Assembly: GCA_016194455.1 (NCBI GenBank)
Contig: JACQBN010000018.1
Span: 10,669-74,668, forward strand
Reading direction: 5' to 3'
Source: Candidatus Kaiserbacteria bacterium
GTDB taxonomy: Bacteria > Patescibacteriota > Minisyncoccia > Phycocordibacterales > Phycocordibacteraceae
DNA length: 64,000 nt
This document shows positions 1 through 9,753 of this stretch, piece after piece. Positions within the stretch are counted from its first letter, which is position 1, and each line of letters opens with the position of its first letter. Under the pieces are notes generated by a model. The model saw only the letters and a list, made by a program, of their open reading frames with translations. It was not told where the DNA came from and ran no database searches. Position numbers and translations under genes: made by a program.

Positions 1-591
1 CTGATTCTGGGTCGTGAGCGAGAACCACGCGGCCACTCCGCCCTGCGACCAGTTGCCCGCGAGGAAAGATTGAATATTCGGGGAGGACTGCGAGAGCGTA
101 CACTGATTCTCCGCGAAGAAGCCGGCGAGGCTTGTCTGTTGCAAATAGTTAGTATGAAGGGAGGAGGTGATGGCGGAGGCGAAGGGCGAGTTAGAATTTT
201 TTCCGAACTGCGCAAGGAAAGAGAGAGCCGTCGTATCTCCCGTCTTCTGCAGCGTGACGAGCAGGTTCTGCACGAACTGCGGCTGGCCCGTGCCGTTGCC
301 CTTGCCGTTGACGAAGTTGACGACGCTACCGGTGATGGATTGGAGTGACTTCTGCGAGAGCGCCCATGCAATCGGGTCGAGCACGTACTCCTTGACGTAG
401 AGCGAGTTGACGCCGGAGGCGCTGATGATACTTTGGGCGGCGGTGATTGTATTTTTCAACATTGAGGTAACGCCAGTGAAGGAGGTGTCGCTAATGATCT
501 CTGCGTCAACGGCGTAGGCGGGTCGGGGAACAAGAACGAGCGAAGCGGAGAGAGCCGCGAGTGTGAGCACGACGAGCGAAAGGTTCTTCAT
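1..591 (-). CDS. secreted hypothetical protein, N-terminal part (ORF continues past window start)
   Basis: Not in ORF track (no in-window stop). Reverse-complement translation from ATG at 591 gives MKNLSLVVLTLAALSASLVLVPRPAYA^VDAE..., a classic signal peptide. Reading frame is open to position 1. ATGA overlap with upstream gene stop at 588. Confidence 0.5.
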   Translation of the reverse strand, partial: MKNLSLVVLTLAALSASLVLVPRPAYAVDAEIISDTSFTGVTSMLKNTITAAQSIISASGVNSLYVKEYVLDPIAWALSQKSLQSITGSVVNFVNGKGNGTGQPQFVQNLLVTLQKTGDTTALSFLAQFGKNSNSPFASAITSSLHTNYLQQTSLAGFFAENQCTLSQSSPNIQSFLAGNWSQGGVAAWFSLTTQNQ

Positions 592-1619
592 GGCGCCGGG
601 GTTGCTGCGAGAGCGGAGAAGAAACGCACGAACCCCGCGCCCGGCACGCCGGGCGCGGGGTTCACACCTGCGGCCGCATAGAGCGCGCCGATATTCTGGA
701 ACGCCCTGGTGAGCGCAGTGACCGCCTGGGGATATTGGCCAAGCGCAATCATCGCTGCGATAGGGTCGCTCGTGACGCGGGCGAAGTCGCTCGCGGCGCC
801 CGCGATGCGCGCGAGCGAGTTCACGAGCGCGAGATTGGCGGGAGCGAGCTCTTGCGGGACGGGCAGCGCCGCGATGCCCGCGGCTATCGTGCGATACGCG
901 CCGGCGATTTTTGTAATATTTTCGATTGCCGAGGAGTCGTCGTTCGTCACTGCGTCCTGGAGATACAAAAGCTCGCTCTTCGGGAGCTTCACCGAGGAGG
1001 CTCGGAGGATAGCCTCCGCGGATGCCGCATACGCGAGGAGGGCGTCGGCGCCCGAGTCTGTGGTACGCAGATCAGCGGAGGATTTGAAGTCAGGCGCGGG
1101 CGAGATGCTTGCGCTGAGATTGTTGATCGCCTGGGCAGCGAGTGCAGAGATCTGGCTCTGCGGGAGCGCGGCACCGTTGTTACCCTGCTTCGCCGCGAGA
1201 TAGAGCGCGAAAAAGTTTTTCGCGAAGATATCGGTGAGCGTCCCTTCGGTAGGCGGCGTGAGGCCGAAGGCTGCGTAGTTCACGCCGCTTGTTGAGGGAG
1301 AAGGAGCGGGGGCTGTCGGCACCTCTGCGATTGCCTTGGGTACGATGAGGCCTTTAGCGACCGCGTCGCCATCGGTCATACCGAGACCGCGCGAGTCTGG
1401 GTTGTTTGGATCGGTGCCGTAGAGCGCCTCTTCCCAGTCTGGGAGGCCATCGTTGTCGGAGTCTTTCGCCGCAATAGCTTGGAGGAGGGCGGTCTCGGTG
1501 GACGCTTGAGCAAGGCTTGGAGAACCTAGGCCCCGCGCAAGCTCGTATGCACCGAAGATGAGTGCCGCAGAAAACGCCGTAGCGGCGAAGACGCGCCAGT
1601 TCCCTAGAATCTGGGCCAT
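588..1619 (-). CDS. secreted/membrane-anchored hypothetical protein with thrombospondin-type-3-like Ca-binding motif
   Basis: Track ORF 588..1814 trimmed to internal Met MAQILGNWRVFAATAFSAALIFGAYELARG (N-terminal TM/signal). Contains DSDNDGLPDWEEALYGTDPNNPDS (DxDxDG-type motif). Ala/Pro/Ser-rich. Confidence 0.5.
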   Translation of the reverse strand: MAQILGNWRVFAATAFSAALIFGAYELARGLGSPSLAQASTETALLQAIAAKDSDNDGLPDWEEALYGTDPNNPDSRGLGMTDGDAVAKGLIVPKAIAEVPTAPAPSPSTSGVNYAAFGLTPPTEGTLTDIFAKNFFALYLAAKQGNNGAALPQSQISALAAQAINNLSASISPAPDFKSSADLRTTDSGADALLAYAASAEAILRASSVKLPKSELLYLQDAVTNDDSSAIENITKIAGAYRTIAAGIAALPVPQELAPANLALVNSLARIAGAASDFARVTSDPIAAMIALGQYPQAVTALTRAFQNIGALYAAAGVNPAPGVPGAGFVRFFSALAATPAP

Positions 1620-1683
1620 AGTACAAGACAAGTATAGCAGCCGTCCCGAGGCACGAGGGACGGCTGCTCCTGCTAGGTGTGCA

Positions 1684-2424
1684 TTAGAGAAAGGCGAGCC
1701 AGTTGCTAAGCGGGAGATCCTCGGCGCGAGCCTTGAGAGGGACGAGCGAGGGATCAAAACCAGCTTCTGTGAGGTTGCGCGCCAAAAATTTCCGCTTGTG
1801 CGCGAAGCCGGCATGGAGAAGCGCGAAGAAGCGTCGCTCCGCTTCGGGCGACGGGAAGTTTTTGCGAGAAATGTCTCGGACCGCGAGCGCCGCAGAATCC
1901 ACGTTGGGTGCCGGTTTGAATGCCCCGCGCGGGATAGTGAAGAGATACTCGGGTTCTCCGTACGCCTTCACCGAGAGCGAGAGGATGCTTTCTTTTTCTC
2001 CCCGACAAATCCGCTCGGCGACTTCCTTCTGCACTAAAAGCGTGATCGAGCTCGGCTGATTCGATGAGTCTAGAAATTTTCTGAATATTTCCCCGGTGAG
2101 GTAGTACGGGATGTTCGCGACGAGTGCATAGCCCTGCGGCAAGGTCGCGGCAGCGAACGCGCGGATGTCGCCGTAGATCAATTCCAGCCTCCCGCGCGCA
2201 ATCTCGTCCGCGAATGTTTCTTTAAGTTTGGAAACGAGTTCTCTGTCCGCCTCAACCGCGACCACTCTGCCCGCCCGCGCCAAGAGCGGACGCGTGAGCA
2301 TGCCAGTCCCGGGGCCAATCTCGAGCACGGTGTCGCCTGGCGCAAGTTTTGCGGCATCCGCAATTCGTTCCGCGATCTGCGGATGCATCAAAAAATTCTG
2401 TCCGAGCGATTTTCTTGCCCGCAT
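1684..2424 (-). CDS. rsmA: 16S rRNA (adenine1518/1519-N6)-dimethyltransferase KsgA/RsmA
   Basis: SLGQNFL motif, SAM-binding LEIGPGTG, NIPY motif. Start trimmed to MRARKSLGQNFL (cat at 2422-2424). Confidence 0.85.
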   Translation of the reverse strand: MRARKSLGQNFLMHPQIAERIADAAKLAPGDTVLEIGPGTGMLTRPLLARAGRVVAVEADRELVSKLKETFADEIARGRLELIYGDIRAFAAATLPQGYALVANIPYYLTGEIFRKFLDSSNQPSSITLLVQKEVAERICRGEKESILSLSVKAYGEPEYLFTIPRGAFKPAPNVDSAALAVRDISRKNFPSPEAERRFFALLHAGFAHKRKFLARNLTEAGFDPSLVPLKARAEDLPLSNWLAFL

Positions 2425-2444
2425 GGGTGTAGAATACTGGCTGT

Positions 2445-2822
2445 ATGAACAATCGCAAAATAAGTAGTCGCGGCTTAGAGAACAGCCGCGGAGCAATGTC
2501 TCGAGATTTACAGCACCGGATGAGCCGCGCGTTGCTCACCGAGGCAGGCCGCGGGCGTGTTAACGAGGCTCTGCAAGCCGCAGTTCGACACGTAGAAGAA
2601 ACGCGGGGCTTACAGTATGGGATGCAAGGGCAGCATGTCGACTTGGCACGGCACTTTTTAGAAAAGAAATACAAAGCCAGACACGAGCTACAGCCCAAAG
2701 AAAGGGATCTTATAGAAACGTTAGTGAAAGACCACTTCGGTATTAAGAACGAACCGAACGCTGAGCCTACGCCCGAGCCAAAAAACGAAACGAAACCGGC
2801 GCCCCAACAAGAGGCCCCTTAG
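2445..2822 (+). CDS. hypothetical small basic protein
   Basis: Only ORF in a 320-bp gap between two minus-strand genes. No recognisable motif. Confidence 0.25.
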   Translation: MNNRKISSRGLENSRGAMSRDLQHRMSRALLTEAGRGRVNEALQAAVRHVEETRGLQYGMQGQHVDLARHFLEKKYKARHELQPKERDLIETLVKDHFGIKNEPNAEPTPEPKNETKPAPQQEAP

Positions 2823-4732
2823 GCTTCGATAACCCGCTCGCCGTCGTTCTCGTCGTAGCGGATGAGCGAGCGATCAATATCCGCGAGGAAGGACGAGGGC
2901 TCGGAGAGGAAGTCGGTGCCATAAATCTTGCGGATGCGCGCGAGCGTCAGGTAGAGACGCTGCTTCGCGCGCGTCATCGCGACATAAAAGAGCCGTCGCT
3001 CCTCTTCTTCGTCGCGGTCTTCTTCTTGTGTACCTTGATGCGGGAATAATCCCTCCTCCATCCCGCTCACGAAAACCGTAGAGAACTCGAGCCCCTTCGC
3101 GGCGTGCGCGGTCATCAGCGCAACGCCTGTTTTTGTGGCACGGTCAAGCTCATCCTGGTCGCTCGCGAGCGCAGCCTCGGCGAGGAAGGCCGCGATGCCG
3201 CGTTTCCCGGGCTCGCGGTCGTGGCGCGCGGCCACCGAGGCAATCTCTTCGACATTTTCAAATCGCTCGCGATCGTCATCGCTCCCTTCCTCCACCATTA
3301 TGCGATGCATGCCGCTCTTTTCCACCACAAGCCGCACAAATTCTGAGGGTAGTAATTTTTCGCTCGCTCGTGCGAGCTCCGCGATTACCGCCTCAAATGC
3401 CTCGACTTTCGCCAATTCTCCTGCCCGCAATTCAGTGCGCTTACCCGCGACGAGCTTGCCCAAGGTTGTGGGGCCGATGCCGCGCGGCGGACTCGCCACC
3501 GCGCGGATCCGATCGCTCTCGCGCGAGGGATCGAGCGCGAGGCGCACCCAGGCGAGCACATCCTTCACCTCTTTGCGTTCAAAGAAGCGCGTGCCCACCA
3601 ATGTATACGGCACACCAAGGCGCAAGAGCCCCTCCTCGAGCGCGCGGGATTGGAAGTTGGTGCGGAAAAGCACTGCAATCTCCTCGGGCGCCATGCCCGA
3701 GCGCATCAGCTCGCGGATTTTCCTGCCGATCCAGCACGCCTCATCCTCGGCATTCAATGCGACATGCACCACGATAGGCTCGCCCTCGGGGTTGTCGGTC
3801 ACCGAGCGCTTATCTTTGCGTTTTTTGTTCTCTGCAATGACGCGATTCGCCGCATCAACGATATTTTTGGTGGAGCGATAGTTATGCTCGAGGATAATCG
3901 TCTCCGTCCCAGGATGATCCTCTTCAAAGGTGAGCAGATTTTCAATGGTCGCGCCGCGCCAGGTGTAGATGGTCTGGTCGATGTCGCCGACGACGAAAAG
4001 ATTTTTGTGTTTGGCGGAGAGGAGGTCCGCGAGCCGGGCCTGGAGCAGGTTGGTGTCCTGATACTCATCAATGTGGACGTAGCGCCAGCGCGCCTGCGCG
4101 AGGCCTCGCGCGTCTTCATGCTCCTCAAGAAGCTGGAGCGGCAGCGCGATCAAGTCGTCGAAGTCGAGCGCTCTTTCTTCTTTCAGTTTTTTCTCATACG
4201 CGCGCCAGACTTGGGCAAGGATGCGGCCGTTGAAGGTCCTGCCGCCTGACTTTTCCAAAAATTCCTCAACCCGTAAGCCTTCTCCCTTCGCGCCGCTGAT
4301 GCGCGCGAGCACAGAGCGCGGCGAGAGATCCTTCGCGCCGACGTCGAGCGATTTCAGGATCGCCGCGATCGCTTTCTCCGAATCGGAGCGATCATAAATA
4401 GAGAAGAAGCGCGGCACGCCGATGCGCGTCCCGTAACTCTCGAGGAGCTCGCGCCCAAGACCGTGGAAAGTGGCGACGAGTGGAAGCCCGGGTGACGCGT
4501 CGCCCTCTCCAAGAAGTTTCCGGATCCTCTCGCGCATCTCGCGCGCGGCTTTATTGGTGAAGGTGACGGCGAGGATCTCGCGCGCGGGTACGCCGCTGCG
4601 GATAAGATGGTAGAGCCGTGTGGTCAGCACCCGCGTCTTCCCTGCTCCCGCGCCCGCCAAAACCGCGACGGGGCCCTCGGTCGCGAGTACCGAGCGCCCT
4701 TGCGCATCACTCAGCCCCTTGAGATATTCCAC
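2819..4732 (-). CDS. ATP-dependent DNA helicase, UvrD/PcrA/Rep family
   Basis: Walker A GAGAGKTRVLT, motifs TFTNKAAREM, VDEYQDTN, helicase C-terminal motifs (VTLMTAHAAKGLEF). 637 aa. Confidence 0.9.
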   Translation of the reverse strand: MEYLKGLSDAQGRSVLATEGPVAVLAGAGAGKTRVLTTRLYHLIRSGVPAREILAVTFTNKAAREMRERIRKLLGEGDASPGLPLVATFHGLGRELLESYGTRIGVPRFFSIYDRSDSEKAIAAILKSLDVGAKDLSPRSVLARISGAKGEGLRVEEFLEKSGGRTFNGRILAQVWRAYEKKLKEERALDFDDLIALPLQLLEEHEDARGLAQARWRYVHIDEYQDTNLLQARLADLLSAKHKNLFVVGDIDQTIYTWRGATIENLLTFEEDHPGTETIILEHNYRSTKNIVDAANRVIAENKKRKDKRSVTDNPEGEPIVVHVALNAEDEACWIGRKIRELMRSGMAPEEIAVLFRTNFQSRALEEGLLRLGVPYTLVGTRFFERKEVKDVLAWVRLALDPSRESDRIRAVASPPRGIGPTTLGKLVAGKRTELRAGELAKVEAFEAVIAELARASEKLLPSEFVRLVVEKSGMHRIMVEEGSDDDRERFENVEEIASVAARHDREPGKRGIAAFLAEAALASDQDELDRATKTGVALMTAHAAKGLEFSTVFVSGMEEGLFPHQGTQEEDRDEEEERRLFYVAMTRAKQRLYLTLARIRKIYGTDFLSEPSSFLADIDRSLIRYDENDGERVIEA

Positions 4733-4943
4733 TCGCGCACTCTAGCACGTTGCCTCGAGGTGCCTTGTGCGCTAGACTCCGGAAGTCTACCGTTATGGAA
4801 GTATCCAAGAAACGGCTTAGGTAAGCTGTTTTTGTATTCGGAAGCGCGACCGCCCCCCAACCCACCCTATCGTCTTACTTGCCCTCGCCCTACTTTTCCT
4901 CGCCCCGCAGAGTGCTGCGGCCTTTTGGCCGTTCTCCTCGCCG

Positions 4944-5885
4944 GTGGATGCAGCGATGAACGATCTTATCCCGAGCTCCTCCGCCGCTGCTCTTTCGGCG
5001 CCCACCAACAGCAACGCGAACGCTGCACTACCAGTCGGTGTCACCCTCTCGGGCGGCTCAGCGCTGGTGGCGTACACCGGCCCGGCGGGAACAATCGCGG
5101 ATGTCGCGAGCTCAACGCCCCCAGACCGCATTTCCGTCTATGAGGTGCGCCCAGGCGATACGCTCTCGGGGATCGCTGGGCTCTTCGGCGTCTCGGTCAA
5201 CACGATCGTTTGGGCGAACAGCTTGGGGAGCGCCCGCACTGTGCATCCGGGCGACACGCTCATCATCCTGCCCGTGACCGGCATAGAGCGCACTATCGCG
5301 AAAGGCGACACGCTCAAGTCACTTGCGAAAAAGTATGGTGCGGACGCGATCGAGATCGCGGAGTTCAACGGCATTGATCCCTCCGCGCCGCTCGCAATCG
5401 GCGACACGCTCATCATCCCGGGCGGCGAACTCGCCGCCCCCGCCTCGACGCGCGCGAGCAGTGTCCGCGAACCGTACTTAGGTGGCTCGGGCGCGGAGCT
5501 CGCGGGTTACTTCGCCAATCCGCTCCCCGGCGCGCCCGTCACGCAGGGCATCCACGGTTGGAACGCCGTTGACCTCGGCGCTGCGAAGGGCACACCTATA
5601 CACGCGGCTGCGCCCGGCGTCGTGATCATCGTGCGCAATAACGGCGGTTGGAATGGTGGCTATGGCAACTACGTCGTGATCTCAGACGACAACGGCACGC
5701 AGACTCTCTACGCGCATATGACCCACGCGGCCGTCTCGCCCGGCGAGGGCGTTTCCGCAGGGCAGGTCATCGGCTACGTGGGCGCGACCGGCATGGCGAC
5801 CGGACCCCACCTCCACTTTGAAGTTCGCGGAGCGCGCAACCCCTTCGCCTCCTGTCCACTCCGCGCCATCTGCGAACCGCAGTAG
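4944..5885 (+). CDS. LysM-domain M23 family peptidase (cell-wall endopeptidase)
   Basis: Two LysM repeats (YEVRPGDTLSGIAG..., TIAKGDTLKSLAKKYG...) and an M23 domain (HLHFEV, GYGNYVVI). Annotated GTG start cuts off an in-frame upstream signal peptide (see findings). Confidence 0.85.
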   Translation: MDAAMNDLIPSSSAAALSAPTNSNANAALPVGVTLSGGSALVAYTGPAGTIADVASSTPPDRISVYEVRPGDTLSGIAGLFGVSVNTIVWANSLGSARTVHPGDTLIILPVTGIERTIAKGDTLKSLAKKYGADAIEIAEFNGIDPSAPLAIGDTLIIPGGELAAPASTRASSVREPYLGGSGAELAGYFANPLPGAPVTQGIHGWNAVDLGAAKGTPIHAAAPGVVIIVRNNGGWNGGYGNYVVISDDNGTQTLYAHMTHAAVSPGEGVSAGQVIGYVGATGMATGPHLHFEVRGARNPFASCPLRAICEPQ

Positions 5886-5892
5886 CTTTTGT

Positions 5893-5926
5893 ATAAAATA
5901 AAAAAGGCCGCCATCAGAGCGGCCGC
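5893..5926 (-). terminator. rho-independent terminator between convergent genes (best U-tract on minus strand)
   Basis: GGCCGC-catcaga-GCGGCC hairpin. Preceded on plus strand by aaaataaaaaa, which is a U-run for the minus transcript. Confidence 0.55.
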
Positions 5927-5931
5927 TTACT

Positions 5932-6480
5932 TCAGTCCTTGTAGATGTAGGAGAAGGCGATTGGTGCGAGCGCGTATTTGAGCGCGGCGGTGATGATATC
6001 GACTCTGGAGATTTTGCCGTCGGAGAGACATTTCTGAACATCTTTGTCGTCTCCGCCCGTGAGCTCCTGAACGATCTTGCCGATTTCGGTTCCCCGCTCA
6101 AGCGCCCGCTCTACCATCCAGCGAGGGACTGGGAAGTAAGCGCCGACTGTGCAGGACTTCCAGCCGCGCTTAGTGAGAACGACAATGTAGGGGACATCAA
6201 ACCAGCGCTCCGTAACCTCCACCAGCCCGCTCTCGACGCCGACAGCGAAGTCCGCTTCCGGGCGCTGCCCCATCGCCCTCTCCGCGCGGTTCTCGGCACC
6301 GAGCTGCATTTCCTTGAGACCAATCGGCTGGTCACGGACGCCTGAGGGCACGTCGCACGTTTGCAAGGTCGCGGTAATGCCGAGTTCGCGGAAGGCATTA
6401 CAGACCGCGATGCCTTTCGTCATACTTTTTGACCCGAGGGCAACGATCTTTTGCTGAAACACTGATTTCTCCCTGGACAA
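5932..6480 (-). CDS. YjjX-like non-canonical purine NTP phosphatase (inosine/xanthosine triphosphatase, DUF84)
   Basis: DVPSGVRDQPIG and RAERAMGQRPEADFAVGVESGL align with E. coli YjjX VESGVPEQPFG / [22 protein letters not shown]. Confidence 0.6.
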   Translation of the reverse strand: MSREKSVFQQKIVALGSKSMTKGIAVCNAFRELGITATLQTCDVPSGVRDQPIGLKEMQLGAENRAERAMGQRPEADFAVGVESGLVEVTERWFDVPYIVVLTKRGWKSCTVGAYFPVPRWMVERALERGTEIGKIVQELTGGDDKDVQKCLSDGKISRVDIITAALKYALAPIAFSYIYKD

Positions 6481-6518
6481 GAGCGTATACAGAGCTGCCT
6501 CGTTTGTCCAAGATCACT

Positions 6519-7781
6519 CTAGCGATACGACTCCCTTGCGTCAAGCAGCTCCGCGATCCGCAACAGTCGATTATATTTCGCGGTCCGCTCGCCGCGCGCT
6601 GGTGCACCCGCCTTAATCTGCCCGACGCCAAGTCCTACCGCGAGATCGGCGATAGTCGTGTCCTCGGTCTCGCCGGAGCGATGCGAGACGATGCAGGCAA
6701 ATCCGGCGCGCGTTGCCTCCTGCACCGCCTCAATCGTCTCGGTGACGGTGCCGACTTGGTTCGGCTTGATGAGAATGGCGTTTGCCACATGGAGCTTGAT
6801 ACCGCGGACAAGCCGATCCTTGTTGGTCGCGAAGAGATCATCTCCGACGATTTGAATTTTGCTGCCAAGTTTTTTCGTAAGAAGCTGGAACCCATCCCAG
6901 TCGTCCTCCGCGAGCCCATCTTCTATAGAAAAGATTGGATACTTCGCTGCCCACACTTCATATATCTTCACGAGTTCAGCGCTGCTAAGTATTTTCTTTT
7001 CCGAAGCGAAGTGATAACGGCTATCGCGGTAGAATTCCGTCGCGGCAGCATCGACGCAGAGTGAAACGTCTTTGCCGGGGACGTATCCCGCTTTCTCAAT
7101 CGCCTCCACCAGAAACTCGAGTGCCGCTTCGTTGCTTTGGAGTTCGGGCGCAAAGCCGCCCTCGTCCCCGAGGTTGGTATTTAAATTCCGTTCCTCAAGA
7201 ATTCCTCGCAGCGTGTGCACTATTTCTGCCCCCGTGCGAAGAGCTTCGGCAAATGTCTTCGCGCCGTGGGGCCACAGCATGAATTCTTGGAGGTCGGTGG
7301 AGCGACGCGCGTGCCGCCCGCCATTGAGGACATTTAGCATCGGGATGGGCATCCGCATCCTTTTCTCTGTGCCCGCGAGTCGAGCAAAATATGCAAAAAG
7401 TTCTATCTGTTCGCTGCGCGCTTTAGCATGCGCGAACGCCATTGATACGCCGAGAATCGCGTTGGCGCCTAACTTCTCTTTCGTTTTTGTCCCGTCCAGT
7501 TCGATAAGGGATTTATCGAGCGTGCTCTGATTAAATTCACCGCCGAGAATTTTCTCCCGAATTGCGTCATTCACATTCCCAACCGCTTTTTGCACGCCCC
7601 TGCCTCCGTAGCGCTTCCCGCCGTCGCGGAGCTCGCGCGCCTCATGGCTGCCGGTGGAGGCTCCGGAGGGTACGCTAGCCCTGCCGAATAACTTATCGCC
7701 TAAAACGATCTCGACCTCAACCGTCGGGTTGCCGCGAGAATCAAGAATCTCTCTGCCCCGGAGATTCGCTATCTTTGACAT
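6519..7781 (-). CDS. eno: enolase (phosphopyruvate hydratase)
   Basis: SHRSGETEDTTIADLAV signature, IKPNQVGT, full-length 420 aa. Confidence 0.95.
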   Translation of the reverse strand: MSKIANLRGREILDSRGNPTVEVEIVLGDKLFGRASVPSGASTGSHEARELRDGGKRYGGRGVQKAVGNVNDAIREKILGGEFNQSTLDKSLIELDGTKTKEKLGANAILGVSMAFAHAKARSEQIELFAYFARLAGTEKRMRMPIPMLNVLNGGRHARRSTDLQEFMLWPHGAKTFAEALRTGAEIVHTLRGILEERNLNTNLGDEGGFAPELQSNEAALEFLVEAIEKAGYVPGKDVSLCVDAAATEFYRDSRYHFASEKKILSSAELVKIYEVWAAKYPIFSIEDGLAEDDWDGFQLLTKKLGSKIQIVGDDLFATNKDRLVRGIKLHVANAILIKPNQVGTVTETIEAVQEATRAGFACIVSHRSGETEDTTIADLAVGLGVGQIKAGAPARGERTAKYNRLLRIAELLDARESYR

Positions 7782-7805
7782 TCAAGACCATTCTAGCACC
7801 GGCTC

Positions 7806-9386
7806 TTATTCAAATCCGAACATGCCGCGGGGGCGGTACTGGAGCGCTTCGTGGATATGCGCGGGGGTGACAGAGTCCGCGCCGGCGAGATCCGCGATCG
7901 TGCGCGCGACCCGCATGGTGCGATGGAACGCGCGCGGCGAGAGTTTCATCCGCGCAGCTGCGCTCGTGAGCGTCTCCTTGGCGGTGAGCGTGAAGCCGCT
8001 CTTCTCGTCGAGCTCGCGGCCAGAGAGATGTGCGTTGGTCGCTCCCCTCTTCCCTGTTCGCCGCTCGGCCTGGGCGCGGGCCAAGAGGACGCGGCCGCGT
8101 ACTGCCTCTGATGATTCTCCGGTCGCGAGTTTAGAAAGAGTTTCATGCGGGACGAGTGGCACCTCTATCCAGAGGTCAAGGCGATCAACAATCGGGCGGG
8201 AGATCTTGCGTGCCTGGCGCGCGGTAGCCCGCAGAGCAACAACCGCGTCGTCCGAGAGCGTGTCGGCCGGGTTCATCGCCGCGACGATCATGCAGTCGGC
8301 CGGGAAGGTGATGGTCGCACGAGCGCGCGAGACGGTGACGATCCGGTCCTCCAGGGGCTGGCGCAAGGCCTCAAGCGCGCGAGACTCAAACTCCGGGAAC
8401 TCATCTAAGAAAAGTACGCCCTTGTGTGCAAGCGTGACCTCGCCTGCTTTAGGGAACGCGCCGCCGCCTACAATCGCAACATGTGAGACCGAGTGGTGCG
8501 GGGCTCGAAACGGCGGCCAGTAGACCGCTTCACCCTCCTTCAGGAGCCCGGCGGTGGAGTGGATGGCTGTCACCTCGAGCATCTCGTCGTTGGTCAGGGG
8601 TGGAAGGATGCCGGATAGTGCGCGGGCGAGCATTGTCTTCCCGGTCCCTGGCGGGCCGTAGAAGACGATGTTGTGCCGCCCAGCTGCGGCAATTTCCAAA
8701 GCCCGCTTGGCACTCTCCTGCCCCTTCACATCCTTCAGATCAATCGCGGGCGGGGGCGGCACCAGAGAACGCTCACGCGCGAGGAGCGGCAGTTTCTTTT
8801 CTCCTTTCAGGTGTTGGAGAAGTTCTGCGAGCGACTTGGGCGCATAGACGGCCACTTTCTCGGCGAGCAGGGCCTCGCGGGCATTCCCGGGTGGCACGAA
8901 GACCGTCTTCACTCCGCGGCGCTTCGCGGCGAGGACCTGCGGCAGGACGCCGCGGGTAGCGCGGAGCGTGCCGTCAAGCGCAAGTTCTCCGGCGAAAAGG
9001 ACTTCTTCGGCGAGCGGCTTCAGATCGTCTGCGGCAATAAGATATGCGAGCGCGAGCGGTAGATCATAATGCGAACCTTCCTTTTTCAAATCAGCGGGTG
9101 AGAGCGAGAGGATAATTCTTTTATTCTGCTGTTTGGGCGACTTGTAGCCCGAGTGGCGTATCGCTGCAGAGATCCTGTCGCGTGCTTCCTCCACTGCTTT
9201 GTCCGCGAGGCCGACGACCGCGAAGGAATGGAGCCCGCGAGTGAGGTCCGCCTCCACGCTCACCAGCTCTGCGACTGCGCCGACCGGCTGGGCCGCGAGC
9301 GTCTTCGCGTAGCCATGCTTCAGCAATAGACTCCGCGCCGCCGGAGGCGGCGCGGGGGTCGGCTTCTGATCGGCGACATCAGCCAC
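7806..9386 (-). CDS. comM: YifB/ComM family Mg-chelatase-like AAA+ ATPase (competence protein ComM-like)
   Basis: Lon-like N-domain, Walker [12 protein letters not shown], ChlI-type AAA+ core, C-terminal helical domain. Confidence 0.85.
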   Translation of the reverse strand: MADVADQKPTPAPPPAARSLLLKHGYAKTLAAQPVGAVAELVSVEADLTRGLHSFAVVGLADKAVEEARDRISAAIRHSGYKSPKQQNKRIILSLSPADLKKEGSHYDLPLALAYLIAADDLKPLAEEVLFAGELALDGTLRATRGVLPQVLAAKRRGVKTVFVPPGNAREALLAEKVAVYAPKSLAELLQHLKGEKKLPLLARERSLVPPPPAIDLKDVKGQESAKRALEIAAAGRHNIVFYGPPGTGKTMLARALSGILPPLTNDEMLEVTAIHSTAGLLKEGEAVYWPPFRAPHHSVSHVAIVGGGAFPKAGEVTLAHKGVLFLDEFPEFESRALEALRQPLEDRIVTVSRARATITFPADCMIVAAMNPADTLSDDAVVALRATARQARKISRPIVDRLDLWIEVPLVPHETLSKLATGESSEAVRGRVLLARAQAERRTGKRGATNAHLSGRELDEKSGFTLTAKETLTSAAARMKLSPRAFHRTMRVARTIADLAGADSVTPAHIHEALQYRPRGMFGFE

Positions 9387-9753
9387 GGTGCGCAGTGCAG
9401 GTCGCGGCAGCGGGGTCGGCGTCGAGGCGCGCCTTTTCTATTTTCCCCCCACAGACGCTGCAAAGCCCGTACGTGCCCTTTTCTATTCGCGCAAGTGCGG
9501 CGAGCACCGCGTCGTAGCGGGCTTCGAGGTCGCGCAGGATGCCCTCATTATTTTCAAAACTCGTGATCGTGAGCGCCTGATCAATGGTGTCGGCCTCCAC
9601 GCCTGTCTCGCTGCCGACCGGCTCGTAGTCGCCTGGCACGCGCGGATTCTTGCGCCCGACGTTCCCCATGCCCGCTTCCAATTTTGCCTTTTCAGCTTCC
9701 AGCCGTTCCTTATAGTGCGGGATATTCATCCGGCGCATCATAGCAGAAATCAT
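9379..9753 (-). CDS. DksA/TraR-family C4-type zinc-finger protein
   Basis: Coiled-coil N-terminus plus CSVCGG-x17-CTAH zinc ribbon. Overlaps comM start by 8 nt and upstream gene by ATGA. Confidence 0.6.
   Translation of the reverse strand: MISAMMRRMNIPHYKERLEAEKAKLEAGMGNVGRKNPRVPGDYEPVGSETGVEADTIDQALTITSFENNEGILRDLEARYDAVLAALARIEKGTYGLCSVCGGKIEKARLDADPAAATCTAHRG

Noticed and set aside
4733-4835. Imperfect palindrome TCTAGCACG...GTGCGCTAGA upstream of uvrD as a LexA/SOS-type operator
   Set aside because: It has only ~7 of 9 matching positions and matches no known operator consensus I can name. It is too weak to call.
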